NCBI GenBank assembly: GCA_043228905.1
Contig: JBHGNT010000008.1
Span: 7,068,001 to 7,132,000, forward strand
DNA length: 64,000 nucleotides
From: Azolla caroliniana
Lineage: Eukaryota; Plantae; Polypodiophyta
Direction: 5' to 3'
Shown: positions 36,820 through 49,000 of the stretch, piece by piece
Position numbering within the stretch: the stretch's first letter is position 1
How the letters are laid out: each line of letters begins with the position of its first letter
Position numbers and translations under genes: made by a program
The notes under the pieces: generated by a model
Told to the model about the DNA's origin: nothing
The model's database searches: none
Seen by the model: only the letters and a program-made list of their open reading frames with translations

Positions 36820-39800
36820 AGAGGGCTGCCAAGGCGTGGGGCCGCGACAGTCCGGACACCCCGGGAAAACCCCACACCTGTACGATAAAACCGAAGAAAC
36901 CTTGTACCATAGGCAGGGAATTTTTGTTCTCCGACAGCGGAGCGTGCACGACAGTCGGCATCGGCGGCCGAGAGAAGAGAGAGGCGGAGGGGAGACTTCG
37001 AGCGTGCGGAGTTCTCGGCCCTGACGAGGAAATCGACGGAGCCGTGGAGGCGGTCTCATTCGACGACACCTTGGGAATGCTGGGAAAGGTAGTCGAAGAA
37101 GGCCTTAACGAAGACCGGACGATACCGGTGTGTTCCGAGGAGATGTACGAAGTCATCGCGGACTTCGGTCGAGGGCTCGAGTCGGTTCGGACGGCCCACG
37201 TGAGCACCAAGTACAAGACTGTGGACCGGAAGGTAAGGCCAGTCGCGGCACCCTTGCCGGAGGACAGCGCGTCGAGAATCAAAGGGGTTGCATCGGACCC
37301 TAGTCTACGAGATCCGGCCTGCATAGGACACACCTTTACCGACGAGACGCTCCGAGAGCTCAAGATCGGTGGGGGCGGGTTCCTACTGCCGGCGGAGGAA
37401 GACCGGTTTCGGAGAATGCTCGGAAGGCACGGGAAAGCCTTCGCATTCTCGCCGGAGGAAATCGGGTGCGTTGACCCGACGATCGTGGAGCCGATGGTGA
37501 TATTCACGGTACCGCATGTACCATGGAATCTCAAGCCGATCCCGGTTCCGAGAGCTCACATCCCGAAGTTGATGGAGCTGCTGAGGCAGAAAGTTGATAT
37601 GGGAATTCTCGAGCCGTCGAGCGCCCCATATTCGAATCGATGGTTTACCGTACCGAAGAAAAACGGTTCGTTGCGCTTCATCCAGGACCTGCAGCCGGTC
37701 AATCGAGTGACGATTCGGAACGCAGGGATCGGACCGACCATAGACGAGTTCGCGGAGGCCTTCGCCGGAAGGTCAATTTACTCGGTCGGGGATCTATACT
37801 CAGGGTACGACCAGTTCCAGCTAGCCGTGGAGAGCAGAGACATTACGACGATGCGAACTCCCCTCGGCCTAGTTCGGATGTGTACACTGCCGCAAGGGGG
37901 GACCAACTCGGTGGCCCACATGGTGAATGCGATGAACAAGGTTCTGAGGGACTGTATCCCGGACATCACCATGCCGTTTCTGGACGACATCCCGGTCAAG
38001 GGATGCCCGGTGGAAGAAAGGGACGAGACGATCGGGCCGGACGGATGCCGGCGATTCGTGGCGACGCACATCGACGACTGCGAGAAGGTGCTGCAAAGGC
38101 TAGAGGATGCGAGACTCACCTTCTCCGGGGAGAAGTCGGCCTCCGGGCAGTCAGAAATCATGGTGGTCGGACACCTGTGCGGACCATATGGCCGGAAACC
38201 GTCTCCGGCAAAGGTAGAAGCCATCTCCGCGATGAAGCCCGACTGCAGCTCGGTCACGGAAGTACGGAGATTCCTGGGGGCATGCACGTTCTACCACATA
38301 TGGATCCCGCATTACGCACACGTCGCGGAGCCACTGTACGGGTTGCTGAAAAAGGGGCGAAGGTTCGAATGGCTAGACGAGCATGCGGAATCGGTCCGGA
38401 GGCTGAAAGAGGCCCTTGCAGCGGCACCGGCACTCCGGAAGGCGGCATACGGGAAGGGTACCCCGGTATTCATAACGGTGGATACCAGCCCGACCGGGAT
38501 CGGATGGGTCGTGAACCAGGAAGACGAGGACGGCAATCGGTTTCCGATCCGATTCGGCGCGAAGGTCCTCAGTGAACGGCAGCGAGGATACGCCCAGGTT
38601 AAACGCGAACTCTGGGGTATTGTTTCGGCGGTTAAGGCCGACAAAGACTACCTGATAGGGACAGAAGTGATCATCGAGACGGATTGCCTGCCGATTCTCG
38701 GTATGGTTTCCGGATGCGCGACTCCGGACCTGGCGATGCTCAGGTGGATAGCGTACATCAAGTCCCTGGACCCGGAAATACGACACATTTCCGGGAAAGA
38801 CAACGCCATGGCCGACATGCTTTCGAGGGCGAGGTTCGACGACGAGGGCGGCATGGTTTCGGAAGACGAAGAAGTCGGCGTGGATTTCTTCGAGGCGGCA
38901 TACATAACAACCGACGGGATGGGCACTCCGGCGCTTAACGAGTTCGACGCGAGCAAGTACGACGGGGAGTGGCTGCAGATCGGCGGGTTTTTGAAGACAA
39001 TGACGCCCGATGCGTCATGGACGAAGGACGAGGCCGACCGGATCCGGAAGAAAGCATATCGATTCTTTCTCCGAGATGGGCATTTGTGGAAGCACCCGAA
39101 GAAGAGGAACGGCGTCCCGCTCCGGGTGGTGGCGATGAAGGAGGAACAGGAGGAGCTGCTGGCGGCCTACCACGACAGCCCTTGGGCTGGACACCGTGGA
39201 ACGTGGGCGACATTTGAGAAGCTGAAGGGGAAGTACTGGTGGCCGGGATTGTACCGGGACGTGCATCGGTTCGTGTCAACTTGCGAGAGTTGTCAGATGC
39301 ACTCGATAGTCCGACACCGGGACGGGCTTCACCCTACGTACCCTCCGACTATCCACTTCAAATGGATGGTAGATCTGGTGACGATGCCGATGGGGGTAGG
39401 ACAGATGCGGTATCTGGTCCTAGCGCGGGAAGACCTGACGAACCAGGTGGAAGGCCGAGCCCTTCAGAACAAGACGACCGCGGCCGTGTGTCGGTTCCTG
39501 ATCGAGGACGTGATATGCCGGTACGGGTGCGTCGGGAAGATCGTGGCTGACCGAGGGGAGTTGGACGCCGAGGAAGCCGCGGAGCTGTTCGACCGGCTGG
39601 GGGTCAAGCTCTCGCTCACCACTGCGTACAATCCGGAGGCGAATGGGAAGGTGGAGCGCGGACACGGACCGATCGTCAAGGCGTTGGTTCGGGCATGCGG
39701 AGGCCGAATCGGTGACTGGCCGCGGCTCCTACCTTATGCTTTGTGGGCAGACCGGACCACGCACAGTTCGGTAACCGGGTACATGCCGACAGAGCTCATG

Positions 39801-40307
39801 TTCGGCCAGAAGCCGATCATGCCGATTGAACGGACGATCTCCTCGTGGGCAACGGTCGACTGGAGGAACGAGATGAGCCGGGAGGAGTTGTTGGCCGCGC
39901 GTATACGACAGCTCGAGCGGAGACCGGAGGACGTGGCACTGGCTACGGAGAAGCTCCGGGTGGCGAGGACAAAGAACAAAGCCCGGTTCGACCGAACGCA
40001 CCGGCTACGACCGACGAGAATCGACGAAGGTGACTGGGTGCTCGTCTACGACAGCAGCCTCGACAACCAGCACCGAGCAATGCGGAAGTTCGCACAGAGA
40101 TGGTTCGGGCCGTACACGGTACAGAGCGCCAACGACAACGGGACGTATCATCTGGCGGAACTCGACGGTACGAGAATAGCGATACCCGTGGCCGGGAAGA
40201 GGATCAAAGCTTTCAAGAAGCGGCACGACGACGAACCCGACCCGATTCTCCTGGACAGCAGCGACGACCGATCTGAGACCGAGGAAGGGCCGGCAGGCGA
40301 AGAGTAA
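36786..40307 (+). CDS. pol: Gypsy D ORF2: RT - RNase H - integrase (no chromodomain), probably entered by -1 frameshift
   Basis: Stop-free frame 36786-40307; RFIQDLQPVN, LPQGGTNS, PFLDD; TVDTS, ETDC; H..H/C..C, VDL/ADRGE/VERGH, FGPY. Confidence 0.93.
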   Translation, partial: FPRFRTPRGFLERAAKAWGRDSPDTPGKPHTCTIKPKKPCTIGREFLFSDSGACTTVGIGGREKREAEGRLRACGVLGPDEEIDGAVEAVSFDDTLGMLGKVVEEGLNEDRTIPVCSEEMYEVIADFGRGLESVRTAHVSTKYKTVDRKVRPVAAPLPEDSASRIKGVASDPSLRDPACIGHTFTDETLRELKIGGGGFLLPAEEDRFRRMLGRHGKAFAFSPEEIGCVDPTIVEPMVIFTVPHVPWNLKPIPVPRAHIPKLMELLRQKVDMGILEPSSAPYSNRWFTVPKKNGSLRFIQDLQPVNRVTIRNAGIGPTIDEFAEAFAGRSIYSVGDLYSGYDQFQLAVESRDITTMRTPLGLVRMCTLPQGGTNSVAHMVNAMNKVLRDCIPDITMPFLDDIPVKGCPVEERDETIGPDGCRRFVATHIDDCEKVLQRLEDARLTFSGEKSASGQSEIMVVGHLCGPYGRKPSPAKVEAISAMKPDCSSVTEVRRFLGACTFYHIWIPHYAHVAEPLYGLLKKGRRFEWLDEHAESVRRLKEALAAAPALRKAAYGKGTPVFITVDTSPTGIGWVVNQEDEDGNRFPIRFGAKVLSERQRGYAQVKRELWGIVSAVKADKDYLIGTEVIIETDCLPILGMVSGCATPDLAMLRWIAYIKSLDPEIRHISGKDNAMADMLSRARFDDEGGMVSEDEEVGVDFFEAAYITTDGMGTPALNEFDASKYDGEWLQIGGFLKTMTPDASWTKDEADRIRKKAYRFFLRDGHLWKHPKKRNGVPLRVVAMKEEQEELLAAYHDSPWAGHRGTWATFEKLKGKYWWPGLYRDVHRFVSTCESCQMHSIVRHRDGLHPTYPPTIHFKWMVDLVTMPMGVGQMRYLVLAREDLTNQVEGRALQNKTTAAVCRFLIEDVICRYGCVGKIVADRGELDAEEAAELFDRLGVKLSLTTAYNPEANGKVERGHGPIVKALVRACGGRIGDWPRLLPYALWADRTTHSSVTGYMPTELMFGQKPIMPIERTISSWATVDWRNEMSREELLAARIRQLERRPEDVALATEKLRVARTKNKARFDRTHRLRPTRIDEGDWVLVYDSSLDNQHRAMRKFAQRWFGPYTVQSANDNGTYHLAELDGTRIAIPVAGKRIKAFKKRHDDEPDPILLDSSDDRSETEEGPAGEE
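36810..36879 (+). promoter_or_regulatory. Putative -1 ribosomal frameshift signal (G GAT TTT, TAG, predicted pseudoknot)
   Basis: Pol frame is -1 and open from 36786; stems gggctg/cagtcc and aggcgtgggg/ccccacacct start 6 nt after the heptamer. Confidence 0.7.
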
Positions 40308-41052
40308 AGGCGGGCCGGTTTTCTCCGTGCCAACTTAATTTGGCGCATGCCGGTGGATGCGCGGTTAGGTGGGGGCGGATGTCGTGAAGAAAACCGCCCA
40401 CAAGAGGAATCGGAGGAACAAGGCGTGGGAAACGGCTCTACACACGCGCGCGCCAAGAAGTACATACGAGGATCCTAGGTGGGTAGATTCGGTTGATATG
40501 CAGTTAATACCAAACGGCCTCTTGACGGGATATAAAAAGGAAGAGGAAGAATAGAAGAGATCATCTCGCGCAGAGAGGACGAAGTGCTGCCGAACCGATT
40601 TCGAAGCACCTCACTCACTCCTGCTCTCTCTGTCTTCTGCTCCATCGCGTACCTGTGCAGGTTTCGAGGAGGCTTGCGCTGTTCCGTGGAACGCCCCGAG
40701 TGCGTCCTGCAGCACCTCCGACCTGTTTTCCCCTTTCCGTGCGTCGCGACATACAGGGGTCGGCATCTGTTCGCTGCCCTGTTCGTTTTCGTTAGTATCT
40801 ATTTCGTGCCCCACCGTGGGTTGTAACACTTTAGCTGTTATTTTCTTGCATTCATAAGTACATATCTTCCGTGGTTGCGTCCATCTGTGTCGGCGTTTAT
40901 TTGTGATCTCTGTTTGATTGGGCCGTGTCCCTGTGCAATCTTCGGTTCTGTGTAATCGGGTCTCTCCTTCTTCTCTCTCTCTCTTGCTCTTCGGTCCAAG
41001 ACCCCCGTGGTCCCTCCTCCTTTCTGCACGCAAGGGCGTAGCAACCCCGACA

Positions 41053-44000
41053 ACGTGTGCGCCAGCCGGCCGAGCCACAGAGCTTCTTTTGCAGCGTCGG
41101 ACGCAGCTACATATTCTGCTTCGGTCCTTGAGGTCGCTGTGCACTCCTGAAGTTTCGACTTCCACGAAATTGCTCCATTGCTGAATTTGAAGCAGTATCC
41201 AGTTGTTGATTTCCGACTGTCTATACAGCCGGCGAAGTCCGAGTCGGTGTAACCGACTACGCCTGAGGTTCGGTTCGGACCGAAAAGAATGCCGTGGTCT
41301 TTTGTGCCAGCCAGATATTTGAACACATGCTTGACTGCGTTCCAATGCGATCGGCCAGGATTGTGCATAAATCTGCTAACGACTCCTACGGCATGAGAAA
41401 TATCAGGCCGTGTCGCGACCATCAAGTACATAAGGGAGCCGACTGCCGGTGCATACGGTACCGACTTCATATCTTCCCCCTCTGGACCGGATGTCGGGCA
41501 GTCTCGCTGAGAGAGCCGAAGATTCATGGGGAGCGGGGTTGAAGCAGATTTGGCTGATTGCATGTTGAAGCGTTCCAAGACACGTCCGATATAGTCGGTC
41601 TGAGACAAAAAAAGATGTCGTTTATCGCGATGCCGACTAATCTTCATGCCAAGTATGTGTCGTGCCGGACCGAGGTCCTTCATGGCAAACTTCAACCGCA
41701 ATTGCCGAATGAGATCGGCAAGTTCGCCCGCGTGGCGTCCAGAAATTAGCATGTCGTCCACGTAAATGATGAGGAAGATGGGTGATCCATCTTGAGCTGT
41801 GTTGGTAAAAAGACAATGGTCCTCATCGCTTTTGGAGAAGCCGATCGATTGGATGAAGTCGTCGAACTTCTTGTACCATTGTCGCGGTGCCTGTTTCAGG
41901 CCGTATAGACTCTTCCTGAGTCGGCAGACTAGATGTTCTTGGCCAGTTGCCACGAAGCCTTTTGGCTGCTCCATATAAATTTCCTCGTCAAGATCACCAT
42001 GGAGGAAGGCTGTTTTGACATCTAGCTGAATCAGCTCCAAGTTGTCGGCTGCCACTACGCCGAGTAGAAAACGAAGGGTTGTCATTTTCACCACTGGTGA
42101 AAAAATCTCGTCGAAGTCGACGCCATATTCTTGTCGGAAGCCCTTCGCAACTAATCTGGCCTTGTACTTTGGGGTGGTCAAATCAGACGTCTCTTTTAGT
42201 CGATAAACCCACTTGCAAGGAAGAGCACGTCGATTCTTAGGTAATTCGACCAGATCCCAAGTCTTGTTTGCCCGAATGGAGTGCATTTCCGACTCCATCG
42301 CCAGATGCCAGGTGGCTGAATCGACAGATGTCGATGCTTCTTCGTAAGACGTCGGTTCGCCGGCGTCGGTGAAGAAAATTCCAGGAGAATACCTCTCCGG
42401 AGGTTGCGACAGTCTCTCGGATCGTCGAGGTATGACTGGACTGGTCGTATCGGGTATCGAGGTCGGATGGTCCGAAAGCGAATTATTCTGCTGTGCCGAG
42501 TCGGAGTTGTCCGAGTCGGTAGTGCAAGGTTCAGCTACCCGTGAAGCTGACCGTGTGTTAAGAGCGGGGCCTTCTTGAAGGGTCGGCACATCGGAAAATG
42601 TTACCCTTCGGACTTCGATCGGTGTTTTGACTGATGGATTCATAGCCGACTCGTTGAACACAACGTCCGAACTTCGAACGATTTGTCTGCGTTCGGGGTC
42701 CCAGAGTCGGTATCCCATTTCGCCGTCTGATCCATATCCAAGGAAAATGCATTTCCTGGACCGAGGTGCAAGTTTTCGGCGATCATCTTTCGGAATAAGG
42801 GCGTACGCCTCGCATCCGAAGATCCTCAGCTTGTCGTAATTCGGCTTACTGCCGATCCATAGTTCCTGAGGAATTTGAAGTCCTAGAGGTCTGCTTGGCG
42901 ACATATTGATTATGTGTACTGCCGTGAGTAGAGCCTCTGCCCAGAAGCCATCCGACAGTCCGGAGTGTTGGAGCATGGAAACTATCCGTTCTTGGATTGT
43001 CCGATTCATGCATTCTGCAATCCCGTTTTGCTCCAGACTGTGTGGTGCCGTAAATTCACGTCAGATGCCGCGTTGTCGGCAGAATTTGACGAATTCTTCT
43101 GATTTGAACTCTCCCCCATTGTCGGTCCGAAAGCATTTCAGTTTTCGGTCAGTTTGATTTTCTACCATAGCGAGCCAATCGGAGAAGATCGAGAAGACAC
43201 GATCTTTGGTGCGAATTGGATAAGCCCACACCTTTCGAGTCGAATCGTCAATAAAACTGACGAAGTAAGAGGCACCGCCGAGAGACTGATGCGGCATTGG
43301 GCCACAGACGTCCGAGTGGACTAGATCGAGAGGTCTCGTTTCTCTTGGTGCTGATGTCGGGTGTGATGCGGCTGCTTGTTTGCCATACTGGCAATGTTCG
43401 CAGAATTGATGGTCCGAGAAGGAGAGTTTAGGGATGTATCCGGCTCTAGATAGGTGCGTAATGCCGGCCTTGCTGAGGTGTCCTAATCTTCTGTGCCATA
43501 GTGATGACACAGGAATATCCACCAAAAACAGGTTACCCTCTCTGAGCGTAATATGTAACGGATACAGTGAGTGTATCTTGGGTCCTCTAGCAAGCAGGAG
43601 GTTCCCCCTGTGGAGTGTCCACCCTCCCGAAGAAAAACCGGCATGAATGCCGTCTTCATCTAGTTGTCCGACTGAGATCAATGGCCTTGAGAGCTCGGGT
43701 ACATGTCGGACATTGTGAAGTACAAGTGTAGAGCCACCTGCAAGGTTGAGCTCTACTGTGCCGATTCCAATGATGTCACAGTGTTGCGAGTTGCCGACTC
43801 GAACTGAGTCGGAGTGACGGATCGTATATTGCCGAAATTGGGATCGATGAGTAGTCACGTGAAATGACGCGCCCGAATCTAAGAGCCATGTGCTCGATTC
43901 TTCAGTCGTGAGCAGAACTTCTGATCCGACTGGATTTTCGATTGATAGTATATTCGGGTCGTTTGGTAGCACATCAGCTGAGAAGCTGACGTAATTGATC

Positions 44001-44815
44001 TCCTCATGCCGGCCACTCTTCTTGTCTGATTTCTGAGACTTGTCGTTCTTGTTCTTGAGTGCGCGGCAGTCGGCTTTGATGTGTCCGGGTTTCTTGCAAT
44101 AGTTGCAGATTCGATTGTCCCGTGACTGGCTCCGTCTTCGCTGATTGTTCGGCTGCCGTGAGGAATCTCTTCCTCGTATGTTCGATCGTTCTGTCGAACC
44201 TTGTACTACATAAGCGTCGTTTGTTGAGTCTTTGGCGAAAGACTTTCTCCGAGCTGCTTCGGTCAGGATTGCGCTCGTGACTTCGGAGTATTTAACAGCC
44301 GTGGTTGACGCGTTGCACACGGTTGTGACGAAAGTTTCCCATGATGAGGGAAGGCTGCTCATGAGTATCATTGCTCTGAGTTCATCCTCGATTGCTGTCC
44401 CCTGAGATGAGATTTGGGAGCTTATGCTTTCGTACTCATTGAGATGTGCTTGAACCGAATCTGATTCTTTCATCCGCAAGTTGTAGAGGCGCCGGATCAG
44501 AAACATCTTCGTTGCGGCGACCTTCTTTTCGTAGGTGTCCGACAGTGTTTTCCACAATTCGAATGCTGTCGTACACAATTGCACCGTAAAGTATACCGAT
44601 TCCGATAGGTGCATCCGAATCGTGGCGCGGACGATTCTGTCCAGCTTCTGCCACTCAATTGGTTTGTATCCTTCTGGAGGTTCTTCATTTTCGATGGGAT
44701 CGATTTGCCCCTTGACTATGAGATAGTCCTGCATTTGCTCCTTCCAGAAGTTGAAGTTCGATCCATCGAACTTTCGTAGACTCATTTCTGACGAGCCGGA
44801 TGTTGATGCCATCAA
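41053..44815 (-). pseudogene. gag-pol: Copia E unit 2 gag-pol with an in-frame TGA at 43061-43063 and RNase H disrupted by Gypsy D
   Basis: ORFs 43061-44815 and 43009 onward share one frame; LVHSDVCGP, RTDNGGEF, IYVDD, YTDSDFAG. Confidence 0.93.
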
Positions 44816-45586
44816 ATTTGGTTTCGGTTGACGAAGCTCGGTTCGGAGTTGACTACGAACCTTGTTGGAGTGCAGCCGGTTGGCTCACCCGATATCGTTC
44901 TAGTCGGATTTGAACCCGAGTCGGTTCGGCTTCGGATATATGTATTGTTGAACTTGCTCGAATTGACTCCGGTAACTTGAGGGACAGAACCGACTGGTCT
45001 TCCCGAATGTTGCTGAGTCGGAGTGAGCCCGGTTCGCTTCCGAATATATATGCCAAATACCGATTATTGAAACCGATTGTCTGGACCGATTCTGCTTCGG
45101 GTGACTGCAGCGACGAGAGAGACGGATCCAACTGATCCTCCCGAATGTCGATCAGCCGGATGAAGCACGAATTGGGGTTGTTGTCTTGAGACCGATCTGC
45201 ACCGAGTGGTTACAATGAGCGGCGAGCAGCGTTTGATGACCTCTTCGGATGCCGTTTAACCGAGTGGAGCACGATCGTGTCAATGTTGCACAAGGGGATT
45301 TCACCTCGAGCGGTTACGATCACAAGGAACAGAGTACAACCTGCTGGCTTACTCCAAGCGAAGATGATCTAACGCGATGAGATGCAAGCCTCGTTTTTCT
45401 TCTTCTTCTCTCTTCTTCGAATGACGCAAGAAACCGAACGCTGTGCAGGCTGAGACGACGGCCGACAGCGGGTTGAGGAACCTTCGCTCTGATACCAAAT
45501 GTTGAAGACAAGGCCGTCAATGCGGAAGATCAAGTAGCATTCGATTGGGGTTGAGTACCTGCGTATGACAGTTTCCAAGATCGTGC

Positions 45587-45618
<32 letters not shown>

Positions 45619-46000
45619 GAGGCACAAAAGACTCTTTCTATTCAATAGAAACAATAATACAACCCAACCTTACAAAAAGGTTACAAGGTCACTTTATATA
45701 GTGACAACTTAGGGCAACTACCCTTTATGCTAATTACACAAATGGCCCAAACTTGAGCTATACAAAGGGATAGTGTGAATACGTCCATTATACACTTGTA
45801 TTCGACACTCCCCCGTAATGGGCGTATACATGGGTTATCTAAGATTACATGTATAAACCTAGGTTCTCGGACATATCAGTTTTGTTCGAGTCGGCAGGGT
45901 CCGAAGGCAGAAGACCGAACTGGTCGGGTCGGAAGAGTTGAAGCCGATCATTAAGGAACTGATGTCGGTTGTCTGAAACCATAATGCGTTGTGTCCGGCT

Positions 46001-49000
46001 CTAACCGGACTGGTTTGTCGTTACGCCCATCTGATGCCGAAGGGACCGAAAGCGGTCTGCCGAAAGACACTTGGTCATTCCATCTGCGACATTGTCGGTT
46101 GTGGATATTTTCTCTAGACCGATTTTCCCTGAAATGACGCAGTCCCAAACGAAGTGATATCGAACGTCGATATGTTTGGAGGCGTTGTGGTGAACCGGAT
46201 TTTTCGACAAGGCAACAGCACCTTGACTGTTGCTATAGACAACTGGGGCCGAGTCATGGTCGACTTGTCGAAACGTGTGCGCCAGCCGGCCGAGCCACAG
46301 AGCTTCTTTTGCAGCGTCGGACGCAGCTACATATTCTGCTTCGGTCCTTGAGGTCGCTGTGCACTCCTGAAGTTTCGACTTCCACGAAATTGCTCCATTG
46401 CTGAATTTGAAGCAGTATCCAGTTGTTGATTTCCGACTGTCTATACAGCCGGCGAAGTCCGAGTCGGTGTAACCGACTACGCCTGAGGTTCGGTTCGGAC
46501 CGAAAAGAATGCCGTGGTCTTTTGTGCCAGCCAGATATTTGAACACATGCTTGACTGCGTTCCAATGCGATCGGCCAGGATTGTGCATAAATCTGCTAAC
46601 GACTCCTACGGCATGAGAAATATCAGGCCGTGTCGCGACCATCAAGTACATAAGGGAGCCGACTGCCGGTGCATACGGTACCGACTTCATATCTTCCCCC
46701 TCTGGACCGGATGTCGGGCAGTCTCGCTGAGAGAGCCGAAGATTCATGGGGAGCGGGGTTGAAGCAGATTTGGCTGATTGCATGTTGAAGCGTTCCAAGA
46801 CACGTCCGATATAGTCGGTCTGAGACAAAAAAAGATGTCGTTTATCGCGATGCCGACTAATCTTCATGCCAAGTATGTGTCGTGCCGGACCGAGGTCCTT
46901 CATGGCAAACTTCAACCGCAATTGCCGAATGAGATCGGCAAGTTCGCCCGCGTGGCGTCCAGAAATTAGCATGTCGTCCACGTAAATGATGAGGAAGATG
47001 GGTGATCCATCTTGAGCTGTGTTGGTAAAAAGACAATGGTCCTCATCGCTTTTGGAGAAGCCGATCGATTGGATGAAGTCGTCGAACTTCTTGTACCATT
47101 GTCGCGGTGCCTGTTTCAGGCCGTATAGACTCTTCCTGAGTCGGCAGACTAGATGTTCTTGGCCAGTTGCCACGAAGCCTTTTGGCTGCTCCATATAAAT
47201 TTCCTCGTCAAGATCACCATGGAGGAAGGCTGTTTTGACATCTAGCTGAATCAGCTCCAAGTTGTCGGCTGCCACTACGCCGAGTAGAAAACGAAGGGTT
47301 GTCATTTTCACCACTGGTGAAAAAATCTCGTCGAAGTCGACGCCATATTCTTGTCGGAAGCCCTTCGCAACTAATCTGGCCTTGTACTTTGGGGTGGTCA
47401 AATCAGACGTCTCTTTTAGTCGATAAACCCACTTGCAAGGAAGAGCACGTCGATTCTTAGGTAATTCGACCAGATCCCAAGTCTTGTTTGCCCGAATGGA
47501 GTGCATTTCCGACTCCATCGCCAGATGCCAGGTGGCTGAATCGACAGATGTCGATGCTTCTTCGTAAGACGTCGGTTCGCCGGCGTCGGTGAAGAAAATT
47601 CCAGGAGAATACCTCTCCGGAGGTTGCGACAGTCTCTCGGATCGTCGAGGTATGACTGGACTGGTCGTATCGGGTATCGAGGTCGGATGGTCCGAAAGCG
47701 AATTATTCTGCTGTGCCGAGTCGGAGTTGTCCGAGTCGGTAGTGCAAGGTTCAGCTACCCGTGAAGCTGACCGTGTGTTAAGAGCGGGGCCTTCTTGAAG
47801 GGTCGGCACATCGGAAAATGTTACCCTTCGGACTTCGATCGGTGTTTTGACTGATGGATTCATAGCCGACTCGTTGAACACAACGTCCGAACTTCGAACG
47901 ATTTGTCTGCGTTCGGGGTCCCAGAGTCGGTATCCCATTTCGCCGTCTGATCCATATCCAAGGAAAATGCATTTCCTGGACCGAGGTGCAAGTTTTCGGC
48001 GATCATCTTTCGGAATAAGGGCGTACGCCTCGCATCCGAAGATCCTCAGCTTGTCGTAATTCGGCTTACTGCCGATCCATAGTTCCTGAGGAATTTGAAG
48101 TCCTAGAGGTCTGCTTGGCGACATATTGATTATGTGTACTGCCGTGAGTAGAGCCTCTGCCCAGAAGCCATCCGACAGTCCGGAGTGTTGGAGCATGGAA
48201 ACTATCCGTTCTTGGATTGTCCGATTCATGCATTCTGCAATCCCGTTTTGCTCCAGACTGTGTGGTGCCGTAAATTCACGTCAGATGCCGCGTTGTCGGC
48301 AGAATTTGACGAATTCTTCTGATTTGAACTCTCCCCCATTGTCGGTCCGAAAGCATTTCAGTTTTCGGTCAGTTTGATTTTCTACCATAGCGAGCCAATC
48401 GGAGAAGATCGAGAAGACACGATCTTTGGTGCGAATTGGATAAGCCCACACCTTTCGAGTCGAATCGTCAATAAAACTGACGAAGTAAGAGGCACCGCCG
48501 AGAGACTGATGCGGCATTGGGCCACAGACGTCCGAGTGGACTAGATCGAGAGGTCTCGTTTCTCTTGGTGCTGATGTCGGGTGTGATGCGGCTGCTTGTT
48601 TGCCATACTGGCAATGTTCGCAGAATTGATGGTCCGAGAAGGAGAGTTTAGGGATGTATCCGGCTCTAGATAGGTGCGTAATGCCGGCCTTGCTGAGGTG
48701 TCCTAATCTTCTGTGCCATAGTGATGACACAGGAATATCCACCAAAAACAGGTTACCCTCTCTGAGCGTAATATGTAACGGATACAGTGAGTGTATCTTG
48801 GGTCCTCTAGCAAGCAGGAGGTTCCCCCTGTGGAGTGTCCACCCTCCCGAAGAAAAACCGGCATGAATGCCGTCTTCATCTAGTTGTCCGACTGAGATCA
48901 ATGGCCTTGAGAGCTCGGGTACATGTCGGACATTGTGAAGTACAAGTGTAGAGCCACCTGCAAGGTTGAGCTCTACTGTGCCGATTCCAATGATGTCACA

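Larger units (their letters stand above)
33977..41052 (+). mobile_element. Gypsy D: intact, very young non-chromoviral Ty3/gypsy element (Phygy-like by inference). LTRs 33977-34649 and 40380-41052, TSD ACGT
   Basis: Two 673-bp TG...CA LTRs with no difference seen by eye; the empty site is visible in unit 3 (gaaacgtgtgc at 46270); PBS 34653-34670; PPT 40365-40379. Confidence 0.97.

Noticed and set aside
34848-38575. Long antisense and alternate-frame ORFs (270, 250, 272 and 311 aa) in Gypsy D
   Set aside because: Expected shadows of GC-rich coding DNA; no motifs.
40611-43009. 723-aa and 244-aa ORFs running from Copia pol into the D LTR
   Set aside because: Chance read-through created by the insertion, not evolved fusion genes.
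48275-48286. TGA-CGT as a programmed readthrough signal
   Set aside because: It lies inside the integrase core and is best explained by CGA>TGA deamination alongside other similar lesions.
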